Assembly: GCF_006345805.1 (NCBI RefSeq)
Contig: NC_043004.1
Span: forward strand, 13,764,001 to 13,828,000
From: Octopus sinensis
Lineage: Eukaryota
Reading direction: 5' to 3'
DNA length: 64,000 nt
The notes beneath the pieces were generated by a model. That model was not told the DNA's origin. It ran no database searches and saw only the letters and a program-made list of their open reading frames with translations. Shown here in pieces: positions 39,127 to 50,932 of the stretch (positions are counted from its first letter, which is position 1; each line of letters starts with the position of its first letter). The translations under genes and the position numbers were made by a program.

Positions 39127-39512
39127 CAGTGGTACCTCGCAGTACGAGTTTAGTTCATTCCATGACTCAAGCTCATCTTACGATTTACTCATTTTACAAA
39201 TCAATTTTCCCCATTGAAATTAACTAAAATATAATTAATCCGTTCCTGCTCTCAAAAACCACTCAAAAATGACTTTTTATGGGTTTTAAAACAGAAATGG
39301 TGTAGTTACAAGTAAATTGACAATTATAAAAAAGAGAATGCAAGAGAAATATATAAACTGGTTTTATTAACTGCATTACCTTAAAGAGGGGGTGATTTGT
39401 GTGCTCGTACTGCAGATTTCTGCTCGTATTTCAAGTCAAAAATTTCCACGGGTCTCGGCTCGTACAGCAAATTACTTGTACAATGAGGCACTCGTGCTGC
39501 AAGGTTTTACTG
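39127..39512. mobile_element. Tigger/pogo-like MITE (386 bp)
   Basis: Imperfect TIRs cagtggtacctcgcagtacgagt / actcgtgctgcaaggttttactg with TA on both sides. Confidence 0.7.
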
Positions 39513-40596
39513 TATATTTTGTTGTTGATGTTGTTGTTTAACTCCCAGCTCAGCCTTGATTGAGCAGACTTATAATCAGAGGTATTCTAGCCTTGGCCTT
39601 ACTGCCTTTCCAGACATTTTAACTCACACTACATTATTCACTTCACCACTAGGCCCAGTCCTTGTTGTGGAAAGGTGCATCAGTGACTCTGAAACCTTCG
39701 CCAGGGGAGCACGAATTGTTGGTAAGGTGTCCCATGATGCACAGGTCAAAGGATACAGGCCAACATTAACCCTTTTGTTACCATGTGGTAGGAGGCAATT
39801 CTTCCCAACCACATGCACCCAGGTTCAGTCCTACTGCATGGCACCTCAGGCTAATGTCTTCTACTATAGCCTTAGGTCAACCAAAGCCTCATGAGTGGAT
39901 TTGGTAGACTGAAACTGAAAGAAACCCATTGTATTACTATAAATTCTTCCTACGACCTTATCGACACTAGTCCAACCACACACATACATAAACAGCCACA
40001 ACCACACACACATACCTCCTTCTCTTGCACTCTCCTGTCTTGGAAAGAACTTTTTCTTCAACCATTCTCTTCCTGTCATTTCAATGTGATCGCGTCTGTA
40101 TCGTCAGCGATTTTCTTTCTCCGTCTTCCCTTCTTTGGACTTTTTGTATATTTCTGATGAAGAGCTCCACTCAAAACATGAAATCTCCTTTCTATTCTTT
40201 CCTGAGTGTCCAATAACACAGTACTTGTTCCACATCCTTGTGTTGTTGTTTTTTCTTGTTTGTTCAATGTTTGGATTGACACAAAGAAATAGTTTATCTT
40301 ATTGTTATTTTCTCCAGATTTGGAGATAGAAAAAGCACCGGTGGTGGTGCCACATAAAAAGCATCCAGTACACTCTGTAAAGTGGTTGGCATTAGGATGG
40401 GTATCCAGCTGTAGAAACCAAGCTGAAACAGACTATAGATAGAACCTGGTGCAGCCCCTGGCCGTGCCAGTTCCTGTCAAGCTGCCCACTCTATGCTGGT
40501 ATGGAAAATGGACATTAAATAATAATGATGGTGGTGGTGGTGGCGACAGTGGCGGTTGTTACTGTATGTAATTTATGATTTTCTTTTTCTTTACAG

Positions 40597-40658
40597 ATAC
40601 GTGGATTGACTTTGAGTAATTCTGATGTTATACGTCAAGTTCATAATAGTTTCTCTCG
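40597..40658 (+). CDS. UCHL5: UCHL5 exon 5
   Basis: ttacag|ATA CGT...TCT CG|gtaaga; IRGLTLSNSDVIRQVHNSFSR; 62 nt. Confidence 0.97.
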
Positions 40659-40904
40659 GTAAGAATATTGATTTCATTTCCCTTTTGTTTTCTTTTTCTT
40701 ACTGTCAAAAGAAGAGTGTGAACAGCAATATCTTTTGTAGGGCCTTTGTGATCCATTCATCTTCTCTCCCTACTGTTCCTGAAAGGGTTGTTGGGGAAGA
40801 GTTCTCTGGTACCTCCTCCAAAGGTTCTTATTAAAAGGAAACTGTCATTAGACGTCCTGACTGTATTCCGAAGCACAGACAAGTGAGACTATGCATATTA
40901 TTGA

Positions 40905-41370
40905 ACCATCTCATTCTTGGGTACCCCTACCCCTAGGTCTCCTGCCAGTTGGCTGAGCTTGAAGAATCAGTCTTGTGATTCTTTCTTGTGACATTCCATA
41001 GTTCCGGAGCTGTGACTTCTCAGTGTGGAGATGTAGTAGTTCAAATTTGGAGAGATTCTGTTGAGTAGCATTACTCCATGGGCCTTCTAGAAGAGCCACA
41101 TTTTGGCCACTTGTTTTCGCAGTCGTACTCCCTTGGTCATTACCCAACATTCATGGCCACATGTGAGGATAGGCATGAAAATTGAACTTGATCATAGAAA
41201 AGTTGGATTTCTTTACCAATCTCTTCTCCTCTGAGGAGCATTTGCTCAAGTTGGTGCATTATTTTACAAGCAACAGCAGTGCAAGCGTTCAGTTCAGCCT
41301 CCTACCTTGCATCTCTCATGAATACAATCCCAGGATTCTTAGACTCCTCCATTTGTTTCAGTGATGCTCC
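40905..41370 (-). mobile_element. RTE LINE ORF2 3' fragment
   Basis: Minus strand reads FMPILTCGHECWVMT and EKSQLRNYG..SQERITRLILQAQPTGRRPRGR. A smaller related fragment at about 33385-33460 reads VPVITYGHECWVMTQ. Confidence 0.8.
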
Positions 41371-42129
41371 ATTAACATGCCTTTGTGGTTAAGAAATTAA
41401 TTTGCAAGTTTAATCATATTGAGCAATGGACTGCCTCCCTTTTTCTTGGATTGAAAGGCATTCAGTCATAAGAGCCTTACCAAAACTGGAATGTCTGAGC
41501 TATATGTAGTTCTTCAATTTGTCAGGAAGGATACTAATTCTGATTAAGAATTGGCTCGGACATGATGAACCATTGATGCTATGCCAGCATGGGAAGGCGA
41601 TGTAAAATGATGTTGTTGATGATGATTGCGAATGATGGCAGTGGTGGTGATGATGATGATGATGATAATTGTGAATGATGGCGGCAGTGGTGATTATGAT
41701 GATGATGATGATGACTAAGATGATTGTGATAATGATGATGATGGTGGAGGTGGTGATGATGATGGGTGTGGTTTAAACCAACCCACCTGAGATTGCCCTT
41801 GATTCTGATACAAATACCCTGTTTTAAAGTGATTTAAATTAAATTAAAACCTTCCGATAAATTTCAAGTTGAGTCCTTCCCCAAATGCTTGCTTGTTATT
41901 TTCCTAAATTCTTCATGATTTTCAAAATCCATTGAAACAAAGGAGGAAGTTTTTCCCAAAAGAGATGTAGGGAAATCTATCTGGCTCTTGCTTTTATCAA
42001 GTCGAGTGGCTCCATAGAGGTACACCACTTGAAGGGATGATCTTAAAATGTTGTTTTATTCAAAGACATTGCAAACACTGACAAAGGTTAAATCTTGTTT
42101 GTTTATTTATTTGTCTTTCGTTTACAAAG

Positions 42130-42260
42130 GCAACAGATGTTTGAATTTGATGAGAAATTAGCCAAAAAGGATGATGATGTGTACCACTTTGTGGGTTATC
42201 TGCCCATCAATGGACGCTTGTATGAACTGGATGGCTTGAAAGATGGACCAGTAGATTTAG
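42130..42260 (+). CDS. UCHL5: UCHL5 exon 6 (catalytic His164, Asp179)
   Basis: tacaaag|G CAA CAG...TTA G|gtgagt; [43 protein letters not shown]; 131 nt. Confidence 0.97.
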
Positions 42261-43204
42261 GTGAGTCTCTTACTGTTGCCTTCCATTCCTTTTCTCTTGG
42301 ATATTTTCTTCAGACCCTGGTCATCCCTGATCTTGCTAATTTGTGATAAAAAGCCTTCTGGCCACAGCAATCTCATATTTTTTAGGAATATCTAAAACTA
42401 CATTATTTAACATGCCCTTCCTTTTTTTTTTTTTTTTTTTTTAATAGTGTTAGAGAACTGTCAGAAGGAGATTTAGCTGCTGCTTTTTGTAGGTAGAGTG
42501 ACCTCATAGGGGTTCCCCCATTAGCTGGTTTTGCTTTTTGCTTTCCATTCTCCCTTTTCCAGTTCTCTCTTCTCCCCCCCCCACTATCTTAGTTCATGTA
42601 TTCTTCCCTTCTTTGTCTTTTCATGCGTGTAACTTCCCCTCCTCTCCATACTAAATTTGATTAAAGGCTTTCCAACAATGACCATTCCTTGTTTCCAGTC
42701 AGGTATTTTTTTTTTAAACTTTGTTATCCAATGTGATCTTCCTTTCTTTGTTTCAAAACCCAGTAGAGTATTTGAGAATTTGGCTGTTGCCTTTAGCAAG
42801 TCAAATATTTAACCCAGCAAAAACAGTGATAGTGTTAGGGAAACAAGTGCTCAGGTTGTAAATAAAAAATTTTTAAATACTGGTACTATGCTGGTTATGA
42901 CAATGAGGGGCCCAGTTGATCCTTTCAACGGAACAGCCTGCTCGTGAAATTAATATTAACGGGCAAGTGGCTGAGTACTCCTCAGATATGCGTACCCTAA
43001 GATAAAGTGTCTTGCTCAGGGACACAGTGCACCACTGGGGACTGAACTTCAGGAATTTGCAATCTTGAGCTGAATGCCTTAACCACTTGGCCCAACGCTT
43101 TCATTCCAGATTGCAAATAGGATTTTCAAGTCTGGTGTGCATCTGTTGTTGATTGATCAGTTAATAAATAGTGTTATTGTTATGTCTTGTAATATTTAGT
43201 TAAG

Positions 43205-43645
43205 GCAAGCTGGCAGAAACATTAACACGCCAGGCGAAATACTGCTTAGCAGTATTTCGTCTGTCGTTACGTTCTGAGTTCAAATTCCGCCGAAGTCGAC
43301 TTGGCCTTTCATCCTTTCGGGGTCAATTAAATAAGTACCAGTTTCACACTGGGTCAATGTAATTGACTTAATCCCTTTGTCTGTCCTTGTTTGTCCCCTC
43401 TATGTTTAGCCCCTTGTGGGCAATAAAGAAATAAGTATTTCATCTGTCTTTACATTCTGAGTTCAAATTCTGTATAGGTTAACTTTGCCTTTCATCCTTT
43501 CAGGATCGATAAATAAAGTACCAGTTACGCACTGGGGTCAATGTAATTGACTTAATCCCTTTGTCTGTCCTTGTTTGTCCCCTCTATGATTAGCCCCATG
43601 TGGGTAATAAAGAAATAAGAAACATTAGGACGCCGGGCGAAATAT
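43205..43645 (+). mobile_element. Family A SINE with tandem units
   Basis: Head, two body units each ending gcccc.tgtggg.aataaagaaata, then re-entry into the head sequence. Confidence 0.85.
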
Positions 43646-43747
43646 GGAGACACCGCATAACTGTATCGCTGTTTCCAAAATTATTCCCAATTTCATCTAC
43701 ATCCCTACCTCATTAATGTTTACCTTTTAAATTGTTTTATTTGCCAG

Positions 43748-43814
43748 GTGTTGTTGATGAGAATGCTGATTGGCTTGATGTTGTTAGACCTGTTATTGAG
43801 AAACGGATTCAGAA
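43748..43814 (+). CDS. UCHL5: UCHL5 exon 7
   Basis: ttgccag|GT GTT...CAG AA|gtaggt; GVVDENADWLDVVRPVIEKRIQK; 67 nt. Confidence 0.96.
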
Positions 43815-44143
43815 GTAGGTATTGTTTTTACCTTCTCTTATATTTTTAGCTATCCTCATTGTCATTTTATCACCTGCTTCTCTATGCTAGCCTGAGTAAG
43901 ATGGATTCCAATGAAACTAATTTTCCACAGCTGGATGCTCTTCCTGTTACCAACTCTTACCTGTTTCCAAAGCAAGCTGATTCTTCTACAGGGTCAGACA
44001 CGTTTCCACAATAACGGAAAGGAATGACATTTATTTACAATAGTTGTGTTATATAAAACAAAGAGGCACAAACATACAGACTCATATACACGCACATATA
44101 TATCCATACATGCATGGAAGATGGACGTTAATCTATGATGATA

Positions 44144-44575
44144 TATATATTAAAACTGGGGAAGGCTGGTTTATGGGATTATCTTAGGTTTTCCACCCGT
44201 CTATAAAACTTCATGGCATATCGTCAGATCTCAAAAACCTGTTGGCCCATGACCTCTTCAAAAAATGCTCTACATCTTAGAGTGTGCGTCTTCTTTTGGA
44301 TCTATGTTTTCTACAATCGATCCTTTTCGCACCCTGGTCAGAGAGTTTTACAGGGACAACATGGTTCATATTAAAATAGCTGACCAGTAGGCCATACTTG
44401 TACATATTTACAGAAATGAGAAATTTATTCTCATAAATAGAATGCTCCATTTTTTTGAGCGGGTCATAGGCCAACAAGTTTTTGGGATCTGACGATATGC
44501 CATAAAGCTAAACTCTTTATGGACAGGAAACCTAAGATAATCCCATAAACCAGCCTTCCCCATTTTTAATATATA
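44144..44575. mobile_element. Element with ~120-bp inverted repeats containing a type I hammerhead-like motif
   Basis: Arms 44144-44265 and 44451-44575; CTGACGA at 44489-44495, GAAA at 44527-44530; stem I 44478-44488 pairs with 44540-44550 at 10/11. Confidence 0.75.
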
Positions 44576-45090
44576 CTGCTCTACATCTTAGAGTGTGCTT
44601 CCTCTTTCAGATATGTTTTCTACAAATGATATATCTATATATATATATATATGTGGCCGTTCGCCAGCCTCGTCTGGCACCTGTGTCGGTGGCACATAAA
44701 AAGCACCCACTACACTCACGGAGTGGTTGGCATTAGGAAGGGCATCCAGCTGTAGAAACACTGCCAGATCTGACTGGCCTGGTGCAACCTTCGGGCTTCC
44801 CAGACCCCAGTTGAACCGTCCAACCCATGCTAGCATGGAAAGTGGACGTTAAACGATGATGATGATGATATGTGTGTATATAATGGCATTGACCAAACTA
44901 TTGGATGTTGTTAAACCTTGCTGGTCACAATGCTGTATTCCATGCCTCATTTTCATTCCAACTGACTACTTCCCAACATCACAGCTATATTTCTGACATG
45001 ACATTTTCCACTTCCAGCTGTCTTTACACTTACTGCTTCTCTTGAAAATGTAATGTTTTAACCTTTACTTTCTATATCTGTTACATTCAG

Positions 45091-45178
45091 GTATCACAAT
45101 GATGAAATCCACTTTAATTTGATGGCCATTGTCTCAGATCGCAAAATGTTATACGAACGCAAGATGAAAGATTTTGAG
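45091..45178 (+). CDS. UCHL5: UCHL5 exon 8
   Basis: cattcag|G TAT CAC...TTT GAG|gtttgc; YHNDEIHFNLMAIVSDRKMLYERKMKDFE; 88 nt. Confidence 0.93.
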
Positions 45179-45639
45179 GTTTGCTTTTTGTTTGTATCTT
45201 TAATTTTATATTTGCATGTTAGAGACCTCAGTTGTAATGTATTATTTTCAAATTCAGTAAATGAATGGAAATTTGAATTCTAACAGAAAGATATCAAACT
45301 CTGTCCAGTAGTAAGTTTCCAGCTTTGGGGTCCAAAAGTTTTGTGGCACATGGAGTTACCCCTTAGTCACTGCTTCTCCTTGCTCTGGACAGCACCTGTC
45401 AAAAGTCCCAGTTATTGATTACATTGCAGAAGATGGTCATGTGGCTATGCCATACAGGACTTGGAGCTGGGCTGGCCCTTTGTCCTTACTGTGTTGGAAC
45501 AGGGTATACTCAGTTCCATGTATATGCACTTCAGACACGGAAACTGAGTTAACTTGTTTTTGATTGTGGTGTAGATTCCAGAATTTTCCACATTTCATAT
45601 GACATATTAGCTTGGGCAAAGTTCAGAGAGCTCTTACTT

Positions 45640-45990
45640 CTGCTGGTGACAAAGGACCTCTTGCTCAGAGTAGAAAGTAGACTGTATGAACAGCCATGCT
45701 ACATGGTAGTGAAACATAGGCCGTGACTGCTGAGGACATGCATAAACTTGCAAGGAATGAAGCCAGTATGCTCCACTGGATGTGTAATGTCAGTGTGCAT
45801 ACTCGACAGAGTGTGAGTACCTTGAGAGAAAAGTTGGACCTAAGAAGCATCAGATGTGGTGTGCAAGAGAGACGACTGCACTGGTATGATCATGTGGTGA
45901 GAATGGATGAGGATAACTGAAAAAGTGCCACACCCTTGCAGTTGAGGGAACCTATGGAAGAGGAAGACCTGGGATGATGATAATGATGAT
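45640..45990 (+). mobile_element. RTE (BovB-like) LINE 3' end with (GAT)n tail
   Basis: AMLHGSET*AVTAEDMHKLARNEASMLHWMCNVSVHTRQSVSTLREKLDLRSIRCGVQERRLHWYDHVVRMDED...GRGRP. Confidence 0.85.
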
Positions 45991-46479
45991 GATGATGAGG
46001 AGGAGGGAGTGGTGGTGGTGGTTGTTGTTGTTTTTAGAAATTTATTCAATACCTGCGTGTTAGTATGCAAAAATTTAATCAGTGCAGTGACTGTTAGCAT
46101 CTGTCTCAAACCCACCAGTGTGTGAACATACCCTGATAACATGTGAACCAATTCCTTGATGAGAGATTAACAAAATAAACTTTATATAAACCAGTGTAAT
46201 CAGTGGAAAACCACTGTCTTGTGTTTCCCAAGAAAACCACAAATGGGCAACCTGCTATCTGCACACTGTTTTGCTACTCTTTCCTGGTCGCTGCTTATAA
46301 CTGTTTGCTGTTCTTCCGTTGCTGGGTTGAGGATAGAAAAAAATACATTATGAGGTAACATTTTTAGTGGCCTTTGCAAGAAAAAAAAAATCAGATCAAA
46401 GTTAAGTATCACCAGTTTATAGTATGGCTGTGACTTACCGCAAGGGAAACTTTTGGGCAACAACAGCATATTATATATG

Positions 46480-47448
46480 ACTAGCGGTATAACCCGGCCT
46501 TGCCTGGGATTAAGTTACGATTATTAAGCTAATCAAGTTCTTTATTTCAAACCAAACTAAGTAATATTAACATCAAATTTGGGCGAAATCCATTGAAATT
46601 GGTAGGGTTATTTAAGGAAATAAAGATAACTTCTGTTATATGCTTGAAGGCTCTGCTGTCAGGTGTTTGTAATGTTCATGAGATATTTGAAAGGCAGTGC
46701 TGATATGTTAGATAAATGGATTCTTAACAAAACACTTTTTTACTTGGCGTAAAATAAAAACAAAACTCTTTCGCACCCAAAGTAATATATGTTTATAGAG
46801 AGGGGAGGAGAAAGATGAACGATTTAAAATAAATAAATGATTTAAAATAAATATATTGTAATTGTTGTGTGAGAAAGTTTATATACTCTGATTATAAAAT
46901 ATAGTCTTTCAAAAACATCCTAAATTTTAACACTATATCTCGTGTTTAAGAAAATACAAAACATTTTACATTTTATATATTATGAATGCTGTGACTTACT
47001 CTCCCTCCCTCCTCGCTTTCTCTCTCTCTCTCTCTTTGTCTTTACCTTTTTATTTTTGTTAGATCGCTGTCAAACCCTCTGCCTCTCTTCCTTACACATA
47101 CTTTTTCTTTACTATTTTTGTTAGACGTTGCGAAACACTCTCCCTCACACGCACACACATACATCAACACACAACTTCTCTCTCTCCTTCACACACACTT
47201 TCACTTGGCTATGGCTAGAAGGGGCTTAACTCATGTTAACAACCTTCAAAATAGGTAAAAGCTATGGCTGAAAATAGATTTTTACCTATATCCGTGGGTG
47301 CCTCAGGAAAAAAATAAGTTGCCAAAACCCAGGTAGGATGTTGACGAATGTCCTCCTAAAATTGGAGCGACATGTGTGCTAATTTGTGGATATGCATAAA
47401 TTACAATTACATACACACACACACGTCCTGCCTTATATATATACAGAT
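46480..47448 (+). mobile_element. Helentron/HINE-like element ending 52 nt before exon 9
   Basis: 5' actagcggtataacccggccttgcctggg hairpin; 3' (CA)n then ttatatatatacagat. Confidence 0.55.
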
Positions 47449-47500
47449 AATCCTGATAATATGTTATGGATAAGTTATATAACCATTTTGCCATTGCTAG

Positions 47501-47593
47501 AGTTCTACCATGGAGACTGATGATATCGGTAGTGAGATAAGCAGACTCCAAATGTTGATACAGGAAGAAGAACAGAAGATGGCACGTTACAAA
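47501..47593 (+). CDS. UCHL5: UCHL5 exon 9
   Basis: ttgctag|AGT TCT ACC ATG...TAC AAA|gtaagt; SSTMETDDIGSEISRLQMLIQEEEQKMARYK; 93 nt. The acceptor position is set by the phase-0 requirement. Confidence 0.9.
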
Positions 47594-48381
47594 GTAAGTG
47601 CTTTATTTTATTTTATTTTATTTTTATTTACTGAAAAGCTATTTATTTTGTTTGTTTTTTTCTCATTTGTCGTTTACCTTTTGCATGTTTCGGTCATTAG
47701 ACTGTGGCCATACTGGAGGCTTAGTAGATCAAATTAACCCCAGTAGTAATTTTCTTTCTTTTTTTTATCTTTTTTGGAAGTGTGCCGCTTATTTTATCAG
47801 TCTCTTTTGCTGAACCAGTGTTAGTGGGATGTAAACAAACTAACACTGGTTGTCAAGCAGTGTGAGGGGCAAACACAATGACACAGATACACACGCACAG
47901 ATGCACACGTATGTTTGTATGTTTATAGACACACGTATACTCAATAGACTTCCGCACAGTTTCCATCTGTCAAATTGACTCACAAGGCTTTGGTCAGTTT
48001 GGAGCTATAGTAGAAGACAATTGCCCATAATGCCATGTGGTTGCAAAGCAAATATCTTACCACACAGCCATTTGTGTATGTTCATTAATGTACCAGAATA
48101 GAGCAGATTCAACACGTGCAGTAATAGCAGTCAACATAAAGCCACTGTGCGAGACTTCTTTGTAATGATGAAGGGTCAGTATGAAGGGGGATGGGGTTTA
48201 GTCTTTTTTTTTTTTTTTTGTCATATTTTAGAAATACAAATCAGTTCTGAATTCTTGAAAGTGTTAAGTTCTTTTTTTGTTTCTTTTTGTGTTTTTGTTT
48301 TATTTTTGTCTTGGTTCACTTTGGAATTTCTCACACTAAGAATATTCCGTTTAAACATGTCCACCGGTACTGTCTTTTCAG

Positions 48382-48480
48382 ATTGAAAACATCCGTCGCA
48401 AACACAACTACCTACCATTTATAGTGGAACTGTTGAAGTGTCTGGCCAAAGAGGAGAAATTAGTACCTTTAGTAGAGAAG
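48382..48480 (+). CDS. UCHL5: UCHL5 exon 10 (ULD domain)
   Basis: ttttcag|ATT GAA...GAG AAG|gtaaac; IENIRRKHNYLPFIVELLKCLAKEEKLVPLVEK; 99 nt. Confidence 0.97.
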
Positions 48481-49584
48481 GTAAACTTTTGACTCGCTGC
48501 TGTGTCTACTACTCATAGTTTTGTGTGTTTACTACATGTGCATGAAACTCTATGTAGGTATTATTATACATGTTGTACACTTGTATGCATATGCATGTTG
48601 CTATGTATGACTGCATTAACCCGTTACCTTTTAAACCAGCCACATCCAGCCAAAATATTGTACATGTTCAAACTGCTAGATCTGGCCTCTCATGCCCATC
48701 CTACAATGTCAACCTAAAGATAAACAATCACATCATTGAAATTTCAAAGGATCCTCTGCTTTGTGAGGTACCTCTAGTGTTGTCCTGTTGAGCACTGGGG
48801 TCGATGTAGCCATCTATCTTTCTCCTCAAAATTTCATGCCTTGTACCTATAAGAGAAAGGATGATGATGATTATTATTATTATTATAGACGTCGCACAGT
48901 ATACAACATCGTGAGGTTGTTGATTGAAGACATTGTGTGTACCGGGGTGGGGTGGGGTTGTCCTGTTTGTAATGTCACAACAAGGACCTCAGACAGACTG
49001 TACTTTATGCAATATGCAGGAAGTTCCAAGTAATGCCAACTTTTGCAATTGTTGTTGTTGCTGTTAGCACACCAGGTAAAATGCTCTGCAGTATCTCGAC
49101 TGTCGCTGTGTTCTGAATTCATATTCCACCAAGATTGGCTTTGCCTCTCATCCTTTTGGGGTCAATAAATTAAGTACCTGTGAAACACTGGGGTCAATAT
49201 AATCGACCAGTCCCCTCTCCCAATATTTCAGGCCTTTTGGCTATAGTAGAAAGGATTGGATTATTATTATGATTGTTGTTGTTATTAAGGTGGCAGACTT
49301 GTTGGCATGCTGAGCAAAATGCTTAGTGGCATTTCGTCCGTCATTATGTTCTGTGTTCAAATTCTACCCAAGTCAACTTTGCCTTTCATCCTTTCAGGGT
49401 TGATGAAAAAGGTACCAGACAAGTACTGGGTCAATATAATCGACTGTCCCCCTCCCCCAATTCCAGGCCTTGTGTCTATAGTAAAAAGGATTATTATCAT
49501 TATTATTATTATTGTTATTATTCTCCTTCTCTTCTGCTCATTTTTAACCACGATTCACTCTCAGTCTGTTTTGTGTGTTTACAG

Positions 49585-49626
49585 GCCAAGGAAAAGGCTG
49601 CAAAGAAGAAGGAAGTGAAGGCTTGA
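49585..49626 (+). CDS. UCHL5: UCHL5 exon 11 (terminal coding part, basic/KEKE-like tail)
   Basis: ttacag|GCC AAG...GCT TGA; AKEKAAKKKEVKA*; completes 954 nt / 317 aa. Confidence 0.93.
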   Translation, partial: AKEKAAKKKEVKA

Positions 49627-50582
49627 TATCAGCTACTCTTAATCTATCCTGCTTTAATCATTCACCTGTTGGTGTTCATTAGTAAAAGGTAAAATATTCT
49701 GCTAACCATCTGTTGCGATCAATCTCAGTCATTATTCAATCACTATGGTGTTTCTAATTATCATTGCAGTGTTCAATATCTATTCAGAATAAGTACCAAA
49801 CTTTGAAAACAAATAAGTATTGGGGTTGATTTGTTTAGTTCAGTGCTTCCTAAAGGGGCCTGTACTGCCCTCCTGGGGGTGGTGGAAAGATTCAGGGAGG
49901 TGTTGAAGAAAAGTGGGGCGATAATGGGGTGGCTAAAAAGAGAGGTGATGAATGTTTTAATAATGGGTTAATTAGGTGAAGTTTTATTTGTGAGATGCAG
50001 TTGTTTTAAATTTGTTTCAGTTAGTAGTAATGGTAGTGGAGGTGGCAGTGGCGGTGGTGGTGGTGGTGGTGGTGGTGGTCTAATGACTGCAATAAGCAAG
50101 AGATAAAATGATATATGTTATGGTTTTGTTGTTGTTTAGGCTAAGGTCAGTTAACTGGTCATTTACCAAAACTATAATGAAATGCATTCTGACTATAAGC
50201 TGTTCACGGATACATAGGACTATAACGGTAGGAGTGTGAAATGAGGGAAATTTGATTGTTATTTGTGGCAAGTCGAGCAACGTCGCGTAGAAGCACAGTC
50301 ATAACATTATGTAGATCCAAAGGAAAAAATAAGCTTAGTATAACTATTTGATCCCGCTCATTGAATTAATCAAGGTTGTTGAAGAGTAGCCTCCCTTTTA
50401 TATATTCTTGCGTGTCGCATAGAAAAACTGAAGAGCTGCTGCAATAAGTATGTTAATTAAAATTATAATTAACTGGTGCGCCTGTATTTTACCAAAAGCC
50501 AGGAACTTTTCAGCACCCCCTTTTGTGTGCGGGAACGTGAAACTCAGAGTAGCAGGTTTTGTTGAATTTTCTGCTGCTTTTA

Positions 50583-50588
50583 AATAAA
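50583..50588 (+). terminator. Candidate UCHL5 polyadenylation signal AATAAA
   Basis: First canonical AATAAA I found after the stop codon (about 960 nt), followed by a TA/T-rich tract. Not verified by transcript data. Confidence 0.4.
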
Positions 50589-50625
<37 letters not shown>

Positions 50626-50932
50626 CTTCCCGAGCGTTATACTAATACATCTCTTTGTTGTCTACACCACCTGTCTTCGTTTTTTTTTTTGGTGAATTCT
50701 CCCTATATATATCATCATCATCATCATCATCATTTAACGTCCGTTTTCCGCGCTAGCACGGGTTGGACGGTTTCGACCGGGGTCTGGGGAGCTCGGGACT
50801 GCCCCAGGCTCCAGTCTAGTCTGGCAGTGTTTCTACAGCTGGATGCCCTTCCTAACGCCAACCACTCCGCGAGTGTAGTGGGTGTTTTTTACGTGCCACC
50901 TGCATATATATATATATGTGTGTGTGTGTGTA

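Noticed and set aside
42130-42136. Alternative exon 6 acceptor at caacag
   Set aside because: Would delete 7 nt and frameshift; the AAG acceptor restores the conserved RQQMFEF.
45258-45310. Longer micro-exon from the acceptor at 45257 (ttcag)
   Set aside because: Begins with in-frame TAA and is not a multiple of 3.
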